Below, one piece after another: positions 10,190 through 19,998 of a stretch of DNA of 32,667 nt (the first letter of the stretch is position 1; every line of letters begins with the position of its first letter). Made by a program: the position numbers and the translations under genes. The notes beneath the pieces were generated by a model, which was given only the letters and a program-made list of their open reading frames with translations, made no database searches and was not told the DNA's origin. Source of the DNA: an uncultured Bacilli bacterium. GTDB lineage: Bacteria; Bacillota_I; Bacilli_A; RF39; UBA660. Location of the stretch: positions 1-32,667 of the forward strand of contig CANRQG010000003.1 in NCBI GenBank assembly GCA_947632735.1, given 5' to 3'.

Positions 10190-10975
10190 TTAGTTATTTA
10201 TTAAATCAATAGTTTTACAAATTTCTATTTTGTTGTCATCTCGTAGTTTTTTCAAATACTTACAAAATTCCAAAAAATCATTGTAATCCCAAGTAAATAA
10301 GTCATCGTAAAATGGTTCATCTTTTTTTAGAATACTATGAAAACAAATGATATAAGATTTATCATTTTTGATAGCATCTGATACTAATCTTTTTAACTCT
10401 TTTAATTTTGTATCTTTAATAGCGCCAGAAGAATATAATAAAAATTCATCAGTATTTTTAATATCTGAGTCTTTATAACTCCAACTAAAGATACTTGGTA
10501 TATTCAATTTTCTATTTATTTTTCGAACAGCTTTTCTCATAAAAACATTGTTAGCAAAATTCTTACCTACTCGCAAATAACATATATTATTATCCTTTAG
10601 TTTTTTAATTACATTAGGTAGTGTATCAGTATCAAATTCACTATGTGGAGATACTATACCTAGCTTTTGTTTATCACTTATATTTAAAACTTTTCTTAAT
10701 TCATTTACACCTTTTATTAAATTATCAACGTCATTGTTATGTTCATAGCCGTGCCCAGCTATTTCAAAGAGATTATTATTATTATTATATAAATCTTTTA
10801 ATTCATCAATACTCATAGGTATATGTTCTGAGGGTTTTTCGATATTAGGTGTTTTTTCAACATAACCAATAGTAATATTAAAAGTAGCAGGAATATTTAG
10901 TGGTTCTAGTATTTCTTTAGCCGCAACATAATTATCTTTGCGACCATCATCAAAAGATAAAGATATTTTAGTCAT
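10190..10975 (-). CDS. Polysaccharide deacetylase (NodB/CE4-like)
   Basis: SLSFDDG, PATFNI, EIAGHGYEH (HxxxH) and ICFH. Confidence 0.85.
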   Translation of the reverse strand: MTKISLSFDDGRKDNYVAAKEILEPLNIPATFNITIGYVEKTPNIEKPSEHIPMSIDELKDLYNNNNNLFEIAGHGYEHNNDVDNLIKGVNELRKVLNISDKQKLGIVSPHSEFDTDTLPNVIKKLKDNNICYLRVGKNFANNVFMRKAVRKINRKLNIPSIFSWSYKDSDIKNTDEFLLYSSGAIKDTKLKELKRLVSDAIKNDKSYIICFHSILKKDEPFYDDLFTWDYNDFLEFCKYLKKLRDDNKIEICKTIDLINN

Positions 10976-10976
10976 T

Positions 10977-12047
10977 TCAAGATGCTCCTTTCATTGTTCT
11001 TTGTTTTTGAAAATATCTTAATTTCGCAATTAAGTTAATCAAGTAGAAAAATCTAAATTTTATAAAATATATAGTAAGTTTACGTGTAAAAGACATATCT
11101 AAAAAATACAATTTATCTAGGGCTAATTTTATATCACTATCATTTAGATAATTCTTATACTTTGCCTTTTTTACCTTATACTTGTCTTCATTAGTAGGGC
11201 TAAAATAACCACTTATTGCTGCAGTATTAATTGCGTAAAGCAAACGATTATAAAACATTATGTATAGTTTTTCTTTATTGTCTGACTTTTTTATTGTCTT
11301 TTTTATTTCTTTTAAACCCTTTAGTGTTAGTTTTATATTTTCTTCATTAAATGTTTCTGTAATTGATTTATCATTATAAACATAATGGTATATATACTCT
11401 TTTAAAAATAGAACACTTTTAGCTTTTTCGTAGAGTCTTATTCCAAATTCTATTCCCTCTACTCCAAATTTTAAATCTTCATTATGATATATATTATTTT
11501 CTATTAAGAATTCTCTTCTCATTATCTTCACATTAGCAGATGAAACATTACCATTAAAATCAAGCATTTCTTCTTGCCAAAATTTAACTTCATCATCTAA
11601 ATATTCTTTTTTATCTATGAATTTAGAATAGTCAAATTTTACAATTTTATCTTTAAATTGCTTCATAGCACAAGCATCTACAATATCATATTTTCTCTTT
11701 TTAGTACTTTCATATAAAACTTCGCAAGAAAATGGTTCTAGAAAATCGTCACCATCTAAGAGCATTACGTATTCACCGGTTGAATTTCTAACTCCAGTAT
11801 TCCTAGCACCTGACAAGCCTTTGTTTTTTTGGTGAATCACTTTTATTCTTTTATCTTTCAAAGCAAATTCATCACATATTTGACCGCAATTATCGGGAGA
11901 ACCATCATCAACTAAAATTATTTCTATTTCTTTTAAGGTTTGATTAAGTAAACTATTAATACAATTATTTAAAAATTGTGTAGGAACTTTATATACAGGA
12001 ACAACAACACTTACTTTTGCTTTATTAGTCATTTTATAATCTTCCAT
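10977..12047 (-). CDS. GT2 glycosyltransferase
   Basis: VSVVVPVYK, EIILVDDGSPD, GLSGARNTG and LDGDD. Start may be the ATG at 12032. Confidence 0.93.
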   Translation of the reverse strand: MEDYKMTNKAKVSVVVPVYKVPTQFLNNCINSLLNQTLKEIEIILVDDGSPDNCGQICDEFALKDKRIKVIHQKNKGLSGARNTGVRNSTGEYVMLLDGDDFLEPFSCEVLYESTKKRKYDIVDACAMKQFKDKIVKFDYSKFIDKKEYLDDEVKFWQEEMLDFNGNVSSANVKIMRREFLIENNIYHNEDLKFGVEGIEFGIRLYEKAKSVLFLKEYIYHYVYNDKSITETFNEENIKLTLKGLKEIKKTIKKSDNKEKLYIMFYNRLLYAINTAAISGYFSPTNEDKYKVKKAKYKNYLNDSDIKLALDKLYFLDMSFTRKLTIYFIKFRFFYLINLIAKLRYFQKQRTMKGAS

Positions 12048-12141
12048 TCTAGGCTACTGTCATTTTGGTGAATATCTAATGTTGACATATTTATTGTCCT
12101 TTTTTTTAAAGTTCCATATGTAAAGTTTTTCAAAAAAATCA

Positions 12142-12918
12142 CTATCCTTTATTTTCTATTTTTCTAGTGTTGTTTATGGCCTTTAAAATATATTTTGTAA
12201 TCATCAAAAGGCTTGAAGCAAAGTAATATAAGAAGCAATATATTACAACTAAATCTACAAAGTTAAAAATAATACCAAATAAAACTAGAAAAGGTAAAAT
12301 CCCACCAATTCCAAAATCAGCTTCAATTCGCACTATTAAAGATGTTGTTTGATTTATGTCTGTTCTTTTTTCTTTTTCAACTTCCATCTTGCCCATATCA
12401 GCAAGACCACGCTCACAAGCTTTATATTTTTGATATATAAGTCGCATCAAGGTATCAGAACTAGATGCTAAAGTGCCTAGTAAAACTAACCATATAACAC
12501 CGCTTTCAAAAATAACTCCTCCATTAAAGTAACCGTTTATACCAAGAGATGTACATAATAAACCAACTAGGACATAGCTACTTATACTATCTGCGAACTC
12601 TCCAAATGGTTGCTTTTTCACTGAACGAGCGATATTTCCATCAGTACTATCTGATAAAACCCAAACATTAACTAGAATAGCTCCTATGATATTACATATT
12701 CTGTTTGGAATAATTATGAGAATACACGCTGATAATGCTATTAAAATAGAAAAATAAGACACTTGATTAGCTGTTATACCAATGTTAGAACATATACTAG
12801 AAGTTACAAAAGATAAAGGTCTATAAAATACTTGTGTAACTATTGAATCTTTTTTTCTTTTCCAATCTGGTAAGTTCTCTTTAAAATATTTAGGTGTATA
12901 TTTTTTATTAGTTTTCAT
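12142..12918 (-). CDS. CDP-alcohol phosphotransferase family membrane protein
   Basis: ITANQVS and DSTDGNIAR...GEFADSISS match the DxxDGxxAR-x-G-xxxD signature; the last Asp is replaced by Ser. Confidence 0.85.
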   Translation of the reverse strand: MKTNKKYTPKYFKENLPDWKRKKDSIVTQVFYRPLSFVTSSICSNIGITANQVSYFSILIALSACILIIIPNRICNIIGAILVNVWVLSDSTDGNIARSVKKQPFGEFADSISSYVLVGLLCTSLGINGYFNGGVIFESGVIWLVLLGTLASSSDTLMRLIYQKYKACERGLADMGKMEVEKEKRTDINQTTSLIVRIEADFGIGGILPFLVLFGIIFNFVDLVVIYCFLYYFASSLLMITKYILKAINNTRKIENKG

Positions 12919-14032
12919 CTACTCTACCTACTTTCATATAAAATCTTTCTAGTTTTTTTGCTTCTACTTTTATATTGAAGCCTTTTTTTGATACTTCATT
13001 GAAGGCATTACTACGATTATATTTATGGTTAACTTTTGAAATGGTTTCTGCCCAAGAAAGTTCTTTTTGCTTTAATGATAAAAAAATAGTTGAGTCCAAT
13101 ATTTTAGACTCTTTAGTCATAGAGGTTGAAAATACACATAAAAGGCCACTAGTTTGGGCTTCTATTCCTACAACTGGTAGTCCTTCATAAAGACTTGGTA
13201 ATAAAAAAACATCCATTACTTGATATAATTCATTAACATCTTCTCTTTGACCTAAAAAAAATACATTTTTTTCGAGTCCTAGTTCTTTTACTTTTTTTTC
13301 TATCATTTTCCTAATTGGTCCCTGCCCAACTAGCAAGAGAATTGCATTTTTATTTTGCTTGTAAATTTCGCTAAAGATATCTATTAAAAAAGTATGATTC
13401 TTTTGAGTGACAAATCTTCCTATATGACCTATTACTATCTGGTTATCATTAATTCCTAATTCTTTTCTTTTTAGTTTTCTTATTTTTTCATCATATTTAA
13501 ATTTATCTATATCTATGGCATTATTTAAGAGATATACATTTCCTTTAGCAAATTCTTTATTTCCAAAAAGCCATCTTCCTGCATATTCACTACAACAAAA
13601 ATAATTTGTGGCATAAACTTTGCTAAAGGGTCGTAAAATTTGCTTTAATAAATTTTTCTTCCATTCTTTTTTGTTAGATGTTGAGTGTGAGTGAGCTATA
13701 CGAATTGGTATATTAGCTTTTTTAGCTACTCTTAGAGGAAACACTGATAAGGTATTTATATGAGAATGTACTATTTTGTATTTTTCTCTTTTAAATATTT
13801 TCAACAATTCTTTGTTGTATTTAAATATTTTTTGATAAGGTGGAATTAAAAAAACTCTTCCTCCAAGTTTTTCTATTTCTTCATAAGCTATATTGGTAGA
13901 GTCTTCATCACAGATAAAATCAAATTGAATTTTATTTCTATCTATATGTCGATAGTAGTTCATAACTACTGACTCAACGCCGCCACCATTCCATTTGCCA
14001 ATTATGTGAGCAACTCTAATAGGCTTTTCCAT
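12908..14032 (-). CDS. GT4 glycosyltransferase (EpsF-like)
   Basis: GGVESVVMNYYR, RIAHSH, GHIGRFVTQKNH and PSLYEGLPVVGIEAQ. Confidence 0.92.
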   Translation of the reverse strand: MEKPIRVAHIIGKWNGGGVESVVMNYYRHIDRNKIQFDFICDEDSTNIAYEEIEKLGGRVFLIPPYQKIFKYNKELLKIFKREKYKIVHSHINTLSVFPLRVAKKANIPIRIAHSHSTSNKKEWKKNLLKQILRPFSKVYATNYFCCSEYAGRWLFGNKEFAKGNVYLLNNAIDIDKFKYDEKIRKLKRKELGINDNQIVIGHIGRFVTQKNHTFLIDIFSEIYKQNKNAILLLVGQGPIRKMIEKKVKELGLEKNVFFLGQREDVNELYQVMDVFLLPSLYEGLPVVGIEAQTSGLLCVFSTSMTKESKILDSTIFLSLKQKELSWAETISKVNHKYNRSNAFNEVSKKGFNIKVEAKKLERFYMKVGRVDEN

Positions 14033-14056
14033 TTTATTACCTTCTTAACTTATTAT

Positions 14057-14737
14057 TTATTTAGCTCCGCTTTTTGTAATTACTGCTTTGATTGTGTCAA
14101 TGATGCATCTAATATCAAGTGATAAACCCATATTCTTTATGTAGTAGTATTCTAGTCTTAATCTTTCTTCATATGTAGTTGCACTTCTTCCGTGCGAAGC
14201 CCACCAACTCGTGATACCTGGTAGCACCTGCCAATAAATATCAGGATTACCGTTATGAGACTCAAGTTCACCTCGAACAAGTGGTCTAGGTCCTATGAAA
14301 CTCATCTTTCCACCTAATACATTCAAAACCTGCATTAGTTCATCTAGAGAAGATTTTCTTAATAAGTTGCCTAACTTAGTAATTCGTGGATCTTTATCTA
14401 ATTTTTGATTTTCTTCCCATTCTTTTCTATATTTTTCATCTTTTAGTAATTCCTTCAACTTTTCATCAGCATTAGGTACCATAGTTCTAAATTTATATAG
14501 ATTAAATGGTTTTCCATTCTTTCCTATTCTTTCTTGCTTATATATTATTGAATGAAAATCACCAGTTAACACATAGCTTATTTTAACTATTATTGCTAAA
14601 GGTATTAAGAATACTAAACCAACTAAACTACATATGATATCAAAACATCTTTTAATAAAGAAATAAGTAGCTCTTTTAACTTTACTAATAGTACAAATAC
14701 TACTAGTGTTTATTTCCATACTTTTTTCATCTATCAT
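14057..14737 (-). CDS. Priming phosphoglycosyl transferase (small Bac_transf type), first gene of the left locus
   Basis: IKRCFDI, RIGKNGK, KFRTM, DPRITKLG, SLDELMQ, GPRP and PGIT. Confidence 0.93.
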   Translation of the reverse strand: MIDEKSMEINTSSICTISKVKRATYFFIKRCFDIICSLVGLVFLIPLAIIVKISYVLTGDFHSIIYKQERIGKNGKPFNLYKFRTMVPNADEKLKELLKDEKYRKEWEENQKLDKDPRITKLGNLLRKSSLDELMQVLNVLGGKMSFIGPRPLVRGELESHNGNPDIYWQVLPGITSWWASHGRSATTYEERLRLEYYYIKNMGLSLDIRCIIDTIKAVITKSGAK

Positions 14738-14841
14738 TAATGCTCAACTCCTAGCCATATAATACTATATAATTGATTCTTACTACTATACATCTGAACC
14801 ATAAAACTCACTTCTACTCCCCTTTGTAAATAGTCCACGAT

Positions 14842-14870
14842 ATTATAACATAACTTACTTATAAAAGCAA
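14842..14870 (-). promoter_or_regulatory. Sigma-A promoter P1 for the left locus
   Basis: Minus strand TTGCTT-17 bp-TATAAT with an extended -10 TG. Confidence 0.7.
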
Positions 14871-14934
14871 TAAAAATGTTTAAATTACCAATCATTACTA
14901 ATTATTACTTTCACATCTTGTTACTGTCTAGTAA

Positions 14935-14964
14935 ATTATATCACATACTTTGGGATAAAGACAA
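14935..14964 (-). promoter_or_regulatory. Sigma-A promoter P2 (leftward)
   Basis: Minus strand TTGTCT-18 bp-TATAAT with an extended -10 TG. Confidence 0.6.
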
Positions 14965-15082
14965 TTATATTTAAATATAACTTTACACTAACTTACATTT
15001 CTACTCAATATATATTATGTAATTAGCCCATATTGTGAAATAAATTTTAGCTTTAAAAACCACAACTTTTATGTCCTTAGAA

Positions 15083-15111
15083 ATTATATCATTTCCAAAA
15101 ATTTAAGTCAA
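15083..15111 (-). promoter_or_regulatory. Sigma-A promoter P3 (leftward)
   Basis: Minus strand TTGACT-17 bp-TATAAT with an extended -10 TG. Confidence 0.75.
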
Positions 15112-15122
15112 CGGATATCCGT
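15111..15122. promoter_or_regulatory. Perfect 12-bp palindrome ACGGATATCCGT, candidate XRE operator
   Basis: Touches the P3 -35 box and lies about 50 bp upstream of the divergent XRE gene. Confidence 0.55.
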
Positions 15123-15174
15123 AAATAAAAAATAGGCATTTTCGCTAAAATAAAAATGGAAATGAGGTGTTTAA

Positions 15175-15414
15175 ATGGTATTTAAAGAAGCAGTAAGTAA
15201 AAGAGTCTATGAATTATGTGACAAAAAACATTACTCTCCAAACAAACTAGCCGAATTATCTGCTGTAGCACCTTCCACTCTAGAGGGAATACTTTTACTA
15301 AAAGTAAATAATCCTAGTTCTTATGTAATCTATCAATTATGTAAAACCCTAAAAATAACAATAAAAGATTTTTTCGATAGTGACCTTTTCTTAGAAGAAA
15401 ACTTAGACGATTAA
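15175..15414 (+). CDS. XRE/Cro-C1 family helix-turn-helix regulator
   Basis: 79 aa; SPNKLAELSAVAPSTL...NPSSYVIYQLCKTLKITIKDFF; GAGGTG RBS. Confidence 0.9.
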   Translation: MVFKEAVSKRVYELCDKKHYSPNKLAELSAVAPSTLEGILLLKVNNPSSYVIYQLCKTLKITIKDFFDSDLFLEENLDD

Positions 15415-15415
15415 C

Positions 15416-15443
15416 AATTCCAACTAATACTTGGAATTTTTTT
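15416..15443 (+). terminator. Intrinsic terminator after the XRE gene
   Basis: AATTCCAA-7 nt-TTGGAATT followed by a T run. Confidence 0.6.
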
Positions 15444-15517
15444 AAATATTTTTTGAAATTATTTTATTTTTTTTCTATTTTCCTTTATAATATACACTTT
15501 AACGAGGAGGTAAAAAG

Positions 15518-16846
15518 TTGAAAAATAAAATTTGGAAAGTAGGAGTTTACATACGTATTTCTAGAGATGATATGTACTCTAAAGAAAGTAATAGTATAAT
15601 AAATCAGAGAAATTACTTAACAGAATACTTACTACAAGAAAAAATGGAAATATATGACTATTATGTAGATGATGGTTACACAGGAACAGATTTTAATAGA
15701 CCAGCTTTTATGCGAATGTTTAACGATATAAAAGAAGGAAAAATTAATACAATTATTGTAAAAGACTTATCACGTTTAGGCAGAAATTATATCTTTTTAG
15801 GAGAATATCTTGAGCATATTTTCCCACTTTATGACTTAAGAGTAATCTCTCTCAATGATAATTTAGATAATTTTAAAGATCCAGAATGTTTTAATAATAT
15901 CTTGGTTCCCTTTAAAAATCTTCTTAATGATGAGTATGCTAGAGATATATCCATTAAAGTAAAATCATCGCTAAACGCTAAAAGATATAATGGAGAATTT
16001 GTTGGTAGTATTGCCCCTTTTGGTTATTTAAAAGATCCTAATAATAAGAATAAATTAATTATTGATAAAGATGCCTCTAAAACAGTAGAATTAATTTTTT
16101 CTTTAGCTTTAAAAAATTATAGTTATAGTAAAATAGCTAGTTACTTAAATGAAATGCATATTTTAAATCCTGCTACTTACAGAGAAATTAACTTCAACCA
16201 AAGAAATAATCGCAATTACTTAAATAAGAATAATACTTGGAGTTCTTCTTCTATAAGCTCTATTTTAAAAAATCGTGTCTATTGTGGTGACTTAGTACAA
16301 TCTAAAACTAAAACCATTTCTTATAAAGTACATAAAATTGTGCGCAAAGATTTAGAAGATATGATTATTGTTGAAAATACTCACCCACCTATTATTAATA
16401 GAACAGATTTTAAAAAAGTTCAAGAAATTGTAAAGGAAAGAACAAGAGCAGCTAATACAACTGGTAGTACTTCTTTGTTTACTGGATATTTAAGATGTTA
16501 TGAATGCCAGTACAAAATGCGTAAGTCAAAAGCCGGTTATAAAGATGATCATAAAACTAGAGATTATTACTATTATTGCTCTACTTATCGAAATAAATCA
16601 AAAGAGTTATGCTCATCTCATCGAGTTACAGGTAAGTTTTTAGAAGAAAAAGTCTTTGAAGAAATTAATAAAAAAATATCTTCTTGTTTAAGTAATAGTG
16701 AAAAAATAGATGATTACTGGCTAAAAGAGTTTAAAAAATACCATAATTTAGATAAATTAAACAAAAATATGCTAGATTCTTTAGTAAAAACGATTTATAT
16801 TCATAATAATCTTGATGTAACAATTGTTTATAAATATGAACAATAA
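15518..16846 (+). CDS. Large serine recombinase 1 (resolvase, recombinase and Zn-ribbon domains; coiled-coil apparently absent)
   Basis: YIRIS catalytic Ser, YVDDGYTGTDFNRP, KDLSRLGRNY, APFGY and CYEC...YYYCSTY...C. TTG start after GAGGAGG. Confidence 0.93.
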   Translation: MKNKIWKVGVYIRISRDDMYSKESNSIINQRNYLTEYLLQEKMEIYDYYVDDGYTGTDFNRPAFMRMFNDIKEGKINTIIVKDLSRLGRNYIFLGEYLEHIFPLYDLRVISLNDNLDNFKDPECFNNILVPFKNLLNDEYARDISIKVKSSLNAKRYNGEFVGSIAPFGYLKDPNNKNKLIIDKDASKTVELIFSLALKNYSYSKIASYLNEMHILNPATYREINFNQRNNRNYLNKNNTWSSSSISSILKNRVYCGDLVQSKTKTISYKVHKIVRKDLEDMIIVENTHPPIINRTDFKKVQEIVKERTRAANTTGSTSLFTGYLRCYECQYKMRKSKAGYKDDHKTRDYYYYCSTYRNKSKELCSSHRVTGKFLEEKVFEEINKKISSCLSNSEKIDDYWLKEFKKYHNLDKLNKNMLDSLVKTIYIHNNLDVTIVYKYEQ

Positions 16847-18335
16847 ATGGTCATTTGGTATTTACCTGCGTCTATCAAATGAAAATACTAGTAATAGTAT
16901 TAATAATCAAAGACTAGTCATTAATAACTTTCTTTTAAAAAGACAAGATATTGAAATATATAATACTTATATAGATGAAGGTTTTACTGGTACTAATTTT
17001 GATAGACCAGCTTTTAAAGCTCTTCTTGAAGATATTAGATTAAAAAGAATCAACGGTATTATTGTTAAAGACTTATCTAGACTAGGACGTAATTACATTA
17101 GTGTCGGGACTTATATAGATGAATTCTTTCCTGCTAATAATATTCGATTTATTTCTATAAATGATAATATTGATACTATAAACTCCCTAAATCAAAATGA
17201 AAGTATTACGACATCATTTAAGAATATTATTAATGAACTTTATGTTAAAGATATTTCTACAAAAGTTAAAGCAAACATATCTTATAAAAGAAAAACAGGT
17301 AAATTCATATCAGGAAACACTCCTTATGGTTATAAAATTAATCCTAATAATAAATACCAATTAGTAATTGATGAAGCTGTTTATAAAAACGTTGTTTATA
17401 TCTTTTCTCTTTATTTAAAAGGTTATGGTATCAATAGAATAGTTAAGCAATTAAATAAAAAGCGAATTGTTTGTCCTGCCAAATATAAAAAAATTAATAT
17501 TAAAAAAGAAAACATTTATTGGACAAATACTACTGTTCATAATATTTTAACTAATCGTGTTTACTGTGGAGAGTTGAATAACTTAAAACATATTCATCAA
17601 CCTATTATTCAGGAAGAGACTTTTAAAAAAGTTCAAAATCTTTTAGAAATAAAAAGAATTGGCGCCAATAAAAGTAGAGAGAAATATCTTTTTTCTGGCT
17701 TTATCAAATGTTTTTCTTGTAAAGCTTTTATGCTTATTAAAAAAAGTAACACTACTAATTATGAAATATATTGTTCAACTTATGCTAGGATAAATGAAGA
17801 ACTATGTAGTAGTCATTATATTACTAGTAGATATTTAGAAAAAATTGTTAGTATTAATATTAATAATAGAATAAAAGATTTATTTATTATAAAGAAAAGA
17901 CTTTTAAATATAAAAAATTATATGAAAAGAAATAATTATTTAACTATTCTATTTAATGATAAAGACTTGATAAAAAAATACCTTTACAATGCCAATTTAG
18001 GAAAGAAACTGGTCTATGAAAAATGGAAACTAAAAAAATTTTGCTTGAGTGATTATTTCTTTTTTATTGATATCATAAATAAATATATATTTTTAGTAGA
18101 AAGATTAAAAAAGCTTCTTCTTAAAATAATAAGCTCTATTAATAATAGTATTGATGGTATTAGTTATTTAAATAATTATTTAAAATATAGAGATAAAGCT
18201 TTGAGTAGAAAGATGCTAGAATTATTTATTGACGTTATTTACATAAAAGAAAACAGTAAGATAAGCATTATATATAAAGATGAAGATAAAATTAAAAGTT
18301 TAAAAAATTTTATAGAAGATTTTTTTAGTGAATAA
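16836..18335 (+). CDS. Large serine recombinase 2
   Basis: YLRLS, YIDEGFTGTNFDRP, KDLSRLGRNY, TPYGY and CFSC...IYCSTY...C. The ATG at 16836 overlaps the end of recombinase 1 (ORF track starts at 16824). Confidence 0.92.
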   Translation: MNNKWSFGIYLRLSNENTSNSINNQRLVINNFLLKRQDIEIYNTYIDEGFTGTNFDRPAFKALLEDIRLKRINGIIVKDLSRLGRNYISVGTYIDEFFPANNIRFISINDNIDTINSLNQNESITTSFKNIINELYVKDISTKVKANISYKRKTGKFISGNTPYGYKINPNNKYQLVIDEAVYKNVVYIFSLYLKGYGINRIVKQLNKKRIVCPAKYKKINIKKENIYWTNTTVHNILTNRVYCGELNNLKHIHQPIIQEETFKKVQNLLEIKRIGANKSREKYLFSGFIKCFSCKAFMLIKKSNTTNYEIYCSTYARINEELCSSHYITSRYLEKIVSININNRIKDLFIIKKRLLNIKNYMKRNNYLTILFNDKDLIKKYLYNANLGKKLVYEKWKLKKFCLSDYFFFIDIINKYIFLVERLKKLLLKIISSINNSIDGISYLNNYLKYRDKALSRKMLELFIDVIYIKENSKISIIYKDEDKIKSLKNFIEDFFSE

Positions 18336-19914
18336 AGATAATATAGGTGCTTATCTTCGAATATCTCAAAGCGACAATACTGATTGTAGTAATAGTATAA
18401 TTAATCAAAGAAAAATTATAAATAATTTTAGTAAGGAAAAAGGCTTAAAAAACATAAAATTCTATATTGATGATGGCTATTCTGGTAGTAGCTTTCAAAG
18501 ACCTGGTTTTAGAATGCTCTATAAAGATGTTATTACAAGAAAAATAAAGACAGTTATCGTGAAAGATTTATCTAGATTAGGTAGAAATTATTTGGAACTG
18601 GGCAAGTACTTAGAGGAATTTTCTTCTTATGATGTTAGGGTTATTTCTATAAATGATAATATTGATACAGAAAATGATAGGAAGGAAAATGGTTTGCTGA
18701 TACCTATTAAAAATATTTTAAATGATGCTTACATAAAAGATATTTCTGCTAAAATAAAGGCTTCTTTACAGACAAAGAAGAAACGTGGAGAATTTGTTGG
18801 AGCTTTTACTTGCTACGGATATAAAAAGGATGATAAAGATAAGCATAAGTTGGTAATTGATAAAGAAGCTAGTATGATAGTTAAAAAAATATTTCAGTTG
18901 GCGAATTTGAATTATAGTTTAAAAGATATAGCTGATAAGTTAAATAATGACAATATCTTGTCTCCCCTTCTTTATAAAAAAGAAAGATTAAATTGTAATA
19001 TTCCATCTAGGTGGGAAAATACTAATTCTTTATGGAATGTGACAAGTGTTTCTAGAATATTACAAAATGAGATATATTGTGGTACTTTAATTCAGAAAAT
19101 TAATAATGAGAAAATTAGGATTGAAAATAATCATCCTTCTATTATTGAAAAGGATTTATTCTTAACCATTCAAAAAAAATATTTTAATAGTTACAGTAGC
19201 AGTTGCACTAGTAGTTATATGGGCAGTTATATTAACAATTACAATGGCAATTATACTGGCCGTTGTACTAATAATTACAATGACAATTATACTAGCAATT
19301 CTAAAAAAGGAAATATATTTAGTGGCTTTTTAAAATGTGCAAGATGCAATAAGGCGATGATTAGATATGCAGTAAAGGATGATTATATTTATTATTGTAG
19401 TACTTATCGAAAATCAAATAGAAAGAAATGTCAAAAAGTTCGTATTTATAATAGTTCATTAGAAATGCTTGTTTTAAATAAATTAAAGGAAAGAATTGAT
19501 AATATAGAGAACTTAAAGAAAAGTGCTTGTGTAACTATTAATGAAAAAAGATGGTTAGAAGAATTAAGAAATAGTAGAATATTATTTTATAAAAAGAGAT
19601 TAAAGGAAAAAAGTTATATAAAAATGCAGCTGTTAAAAGACTATGAAAAGAAAATTTTAACTAGAGATGAGTACCTTTTCTTTTTGAATGAGTTTTCAAT
19701 AGAGATAAGTGATATTGAAGAAAAACTATGTAGTTTGAATGATGTTTACTATTATCACTTTATTGATTTGTTTTTAAAATATAAAAATGTAAAAGTCGTT
19801 TCAAGAGAGCTTCTAGTAGATTTGGTAGAAAGTATTTATGTTTTGGAAAATGAAACTATTAAGGTTGTTTTCAAGTATGACGACAGATATAAGGAGATGA
19901 GTTCACTTTATTAG
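18328..19914 (+). CDS. Large serine recombinase 3, with a tetrapeptide-repeat insertion
   Basis: YLRIS, YIDDGYSGSSFQRP, KDLSRLGRNY, CYGY and CARC...YYCSTY...C, plus a coiled-coil-like C-terminal segment. GTG start overlaps recombinase 2. Confidence 0.92.
   Translation: MNKDNIGAYLRISQSDNTDCSNSIINQRKIINNFSKEKGLKNIKFYIDDGYSGSSFQRPGFRMLYKDVITRKIKTVIVKDLSRLGRNYLELGKYLEEFSSYDVRVISINDNIDTENDRKENGLLIPIKNILNDAYIKDISAKIKASLQTKKKRGEFVGAFTCYGYKKDDKDKHKLVIDKEASMIVKKIFQLANLNYSLKDIADKLNNDNILSPLLYKKERLNCNIPSRWENTNSLWNVTSVSRILQNEIYCGTLIQKINNEKIRIENNHPSIIEKDLFLTIQKKYFNSYSSSCTSSYMGSYINNYNGNYTGRCTNNYNDNYTSNSKKGNIFSGFLKCARCNKAMIRYAVKDDYIYYCSTYRKSNRKKCQKVRIYNSSLEMLVLNKLKERIDNIENLKKSACVTINEKRWLEELRNSRILFYKKRLKEKSYIKMQLLKDYEKKILTRDEYLFFLNEFSIEISDIEEKLCSLNDVYYYHFIDLFLKYKNVKVVSRELLVDLVESIYVLENETIKVVFKYDDRYKEMSSLY
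19186..19305 (+). repeat. In-frame degenerate 12-bp minisatellite (~10 units) in recombinase 3
   Basis: Encodes NSYS SSCT SSYM GSYI NNYN GNYT GRCT NNYN DNYT SNSK. Confidence 0.8.
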
Positions 19915-19998
19915 TAAAAAATCAGTAAAAAGATTTTCTTATTTTTGACTTGTTTTAATCTTAATTGGTGTTATAATTATTTAGCAAGTGAGGAAAAT

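Noticed and set aside
605-13190. Short plus-strand ORFs (605, 2616, 6583, 7370, 9122, 10621, 12975)
   Set aside because: Antisense shadows of well-supported minus-strand genes, with no recognisable motifs.
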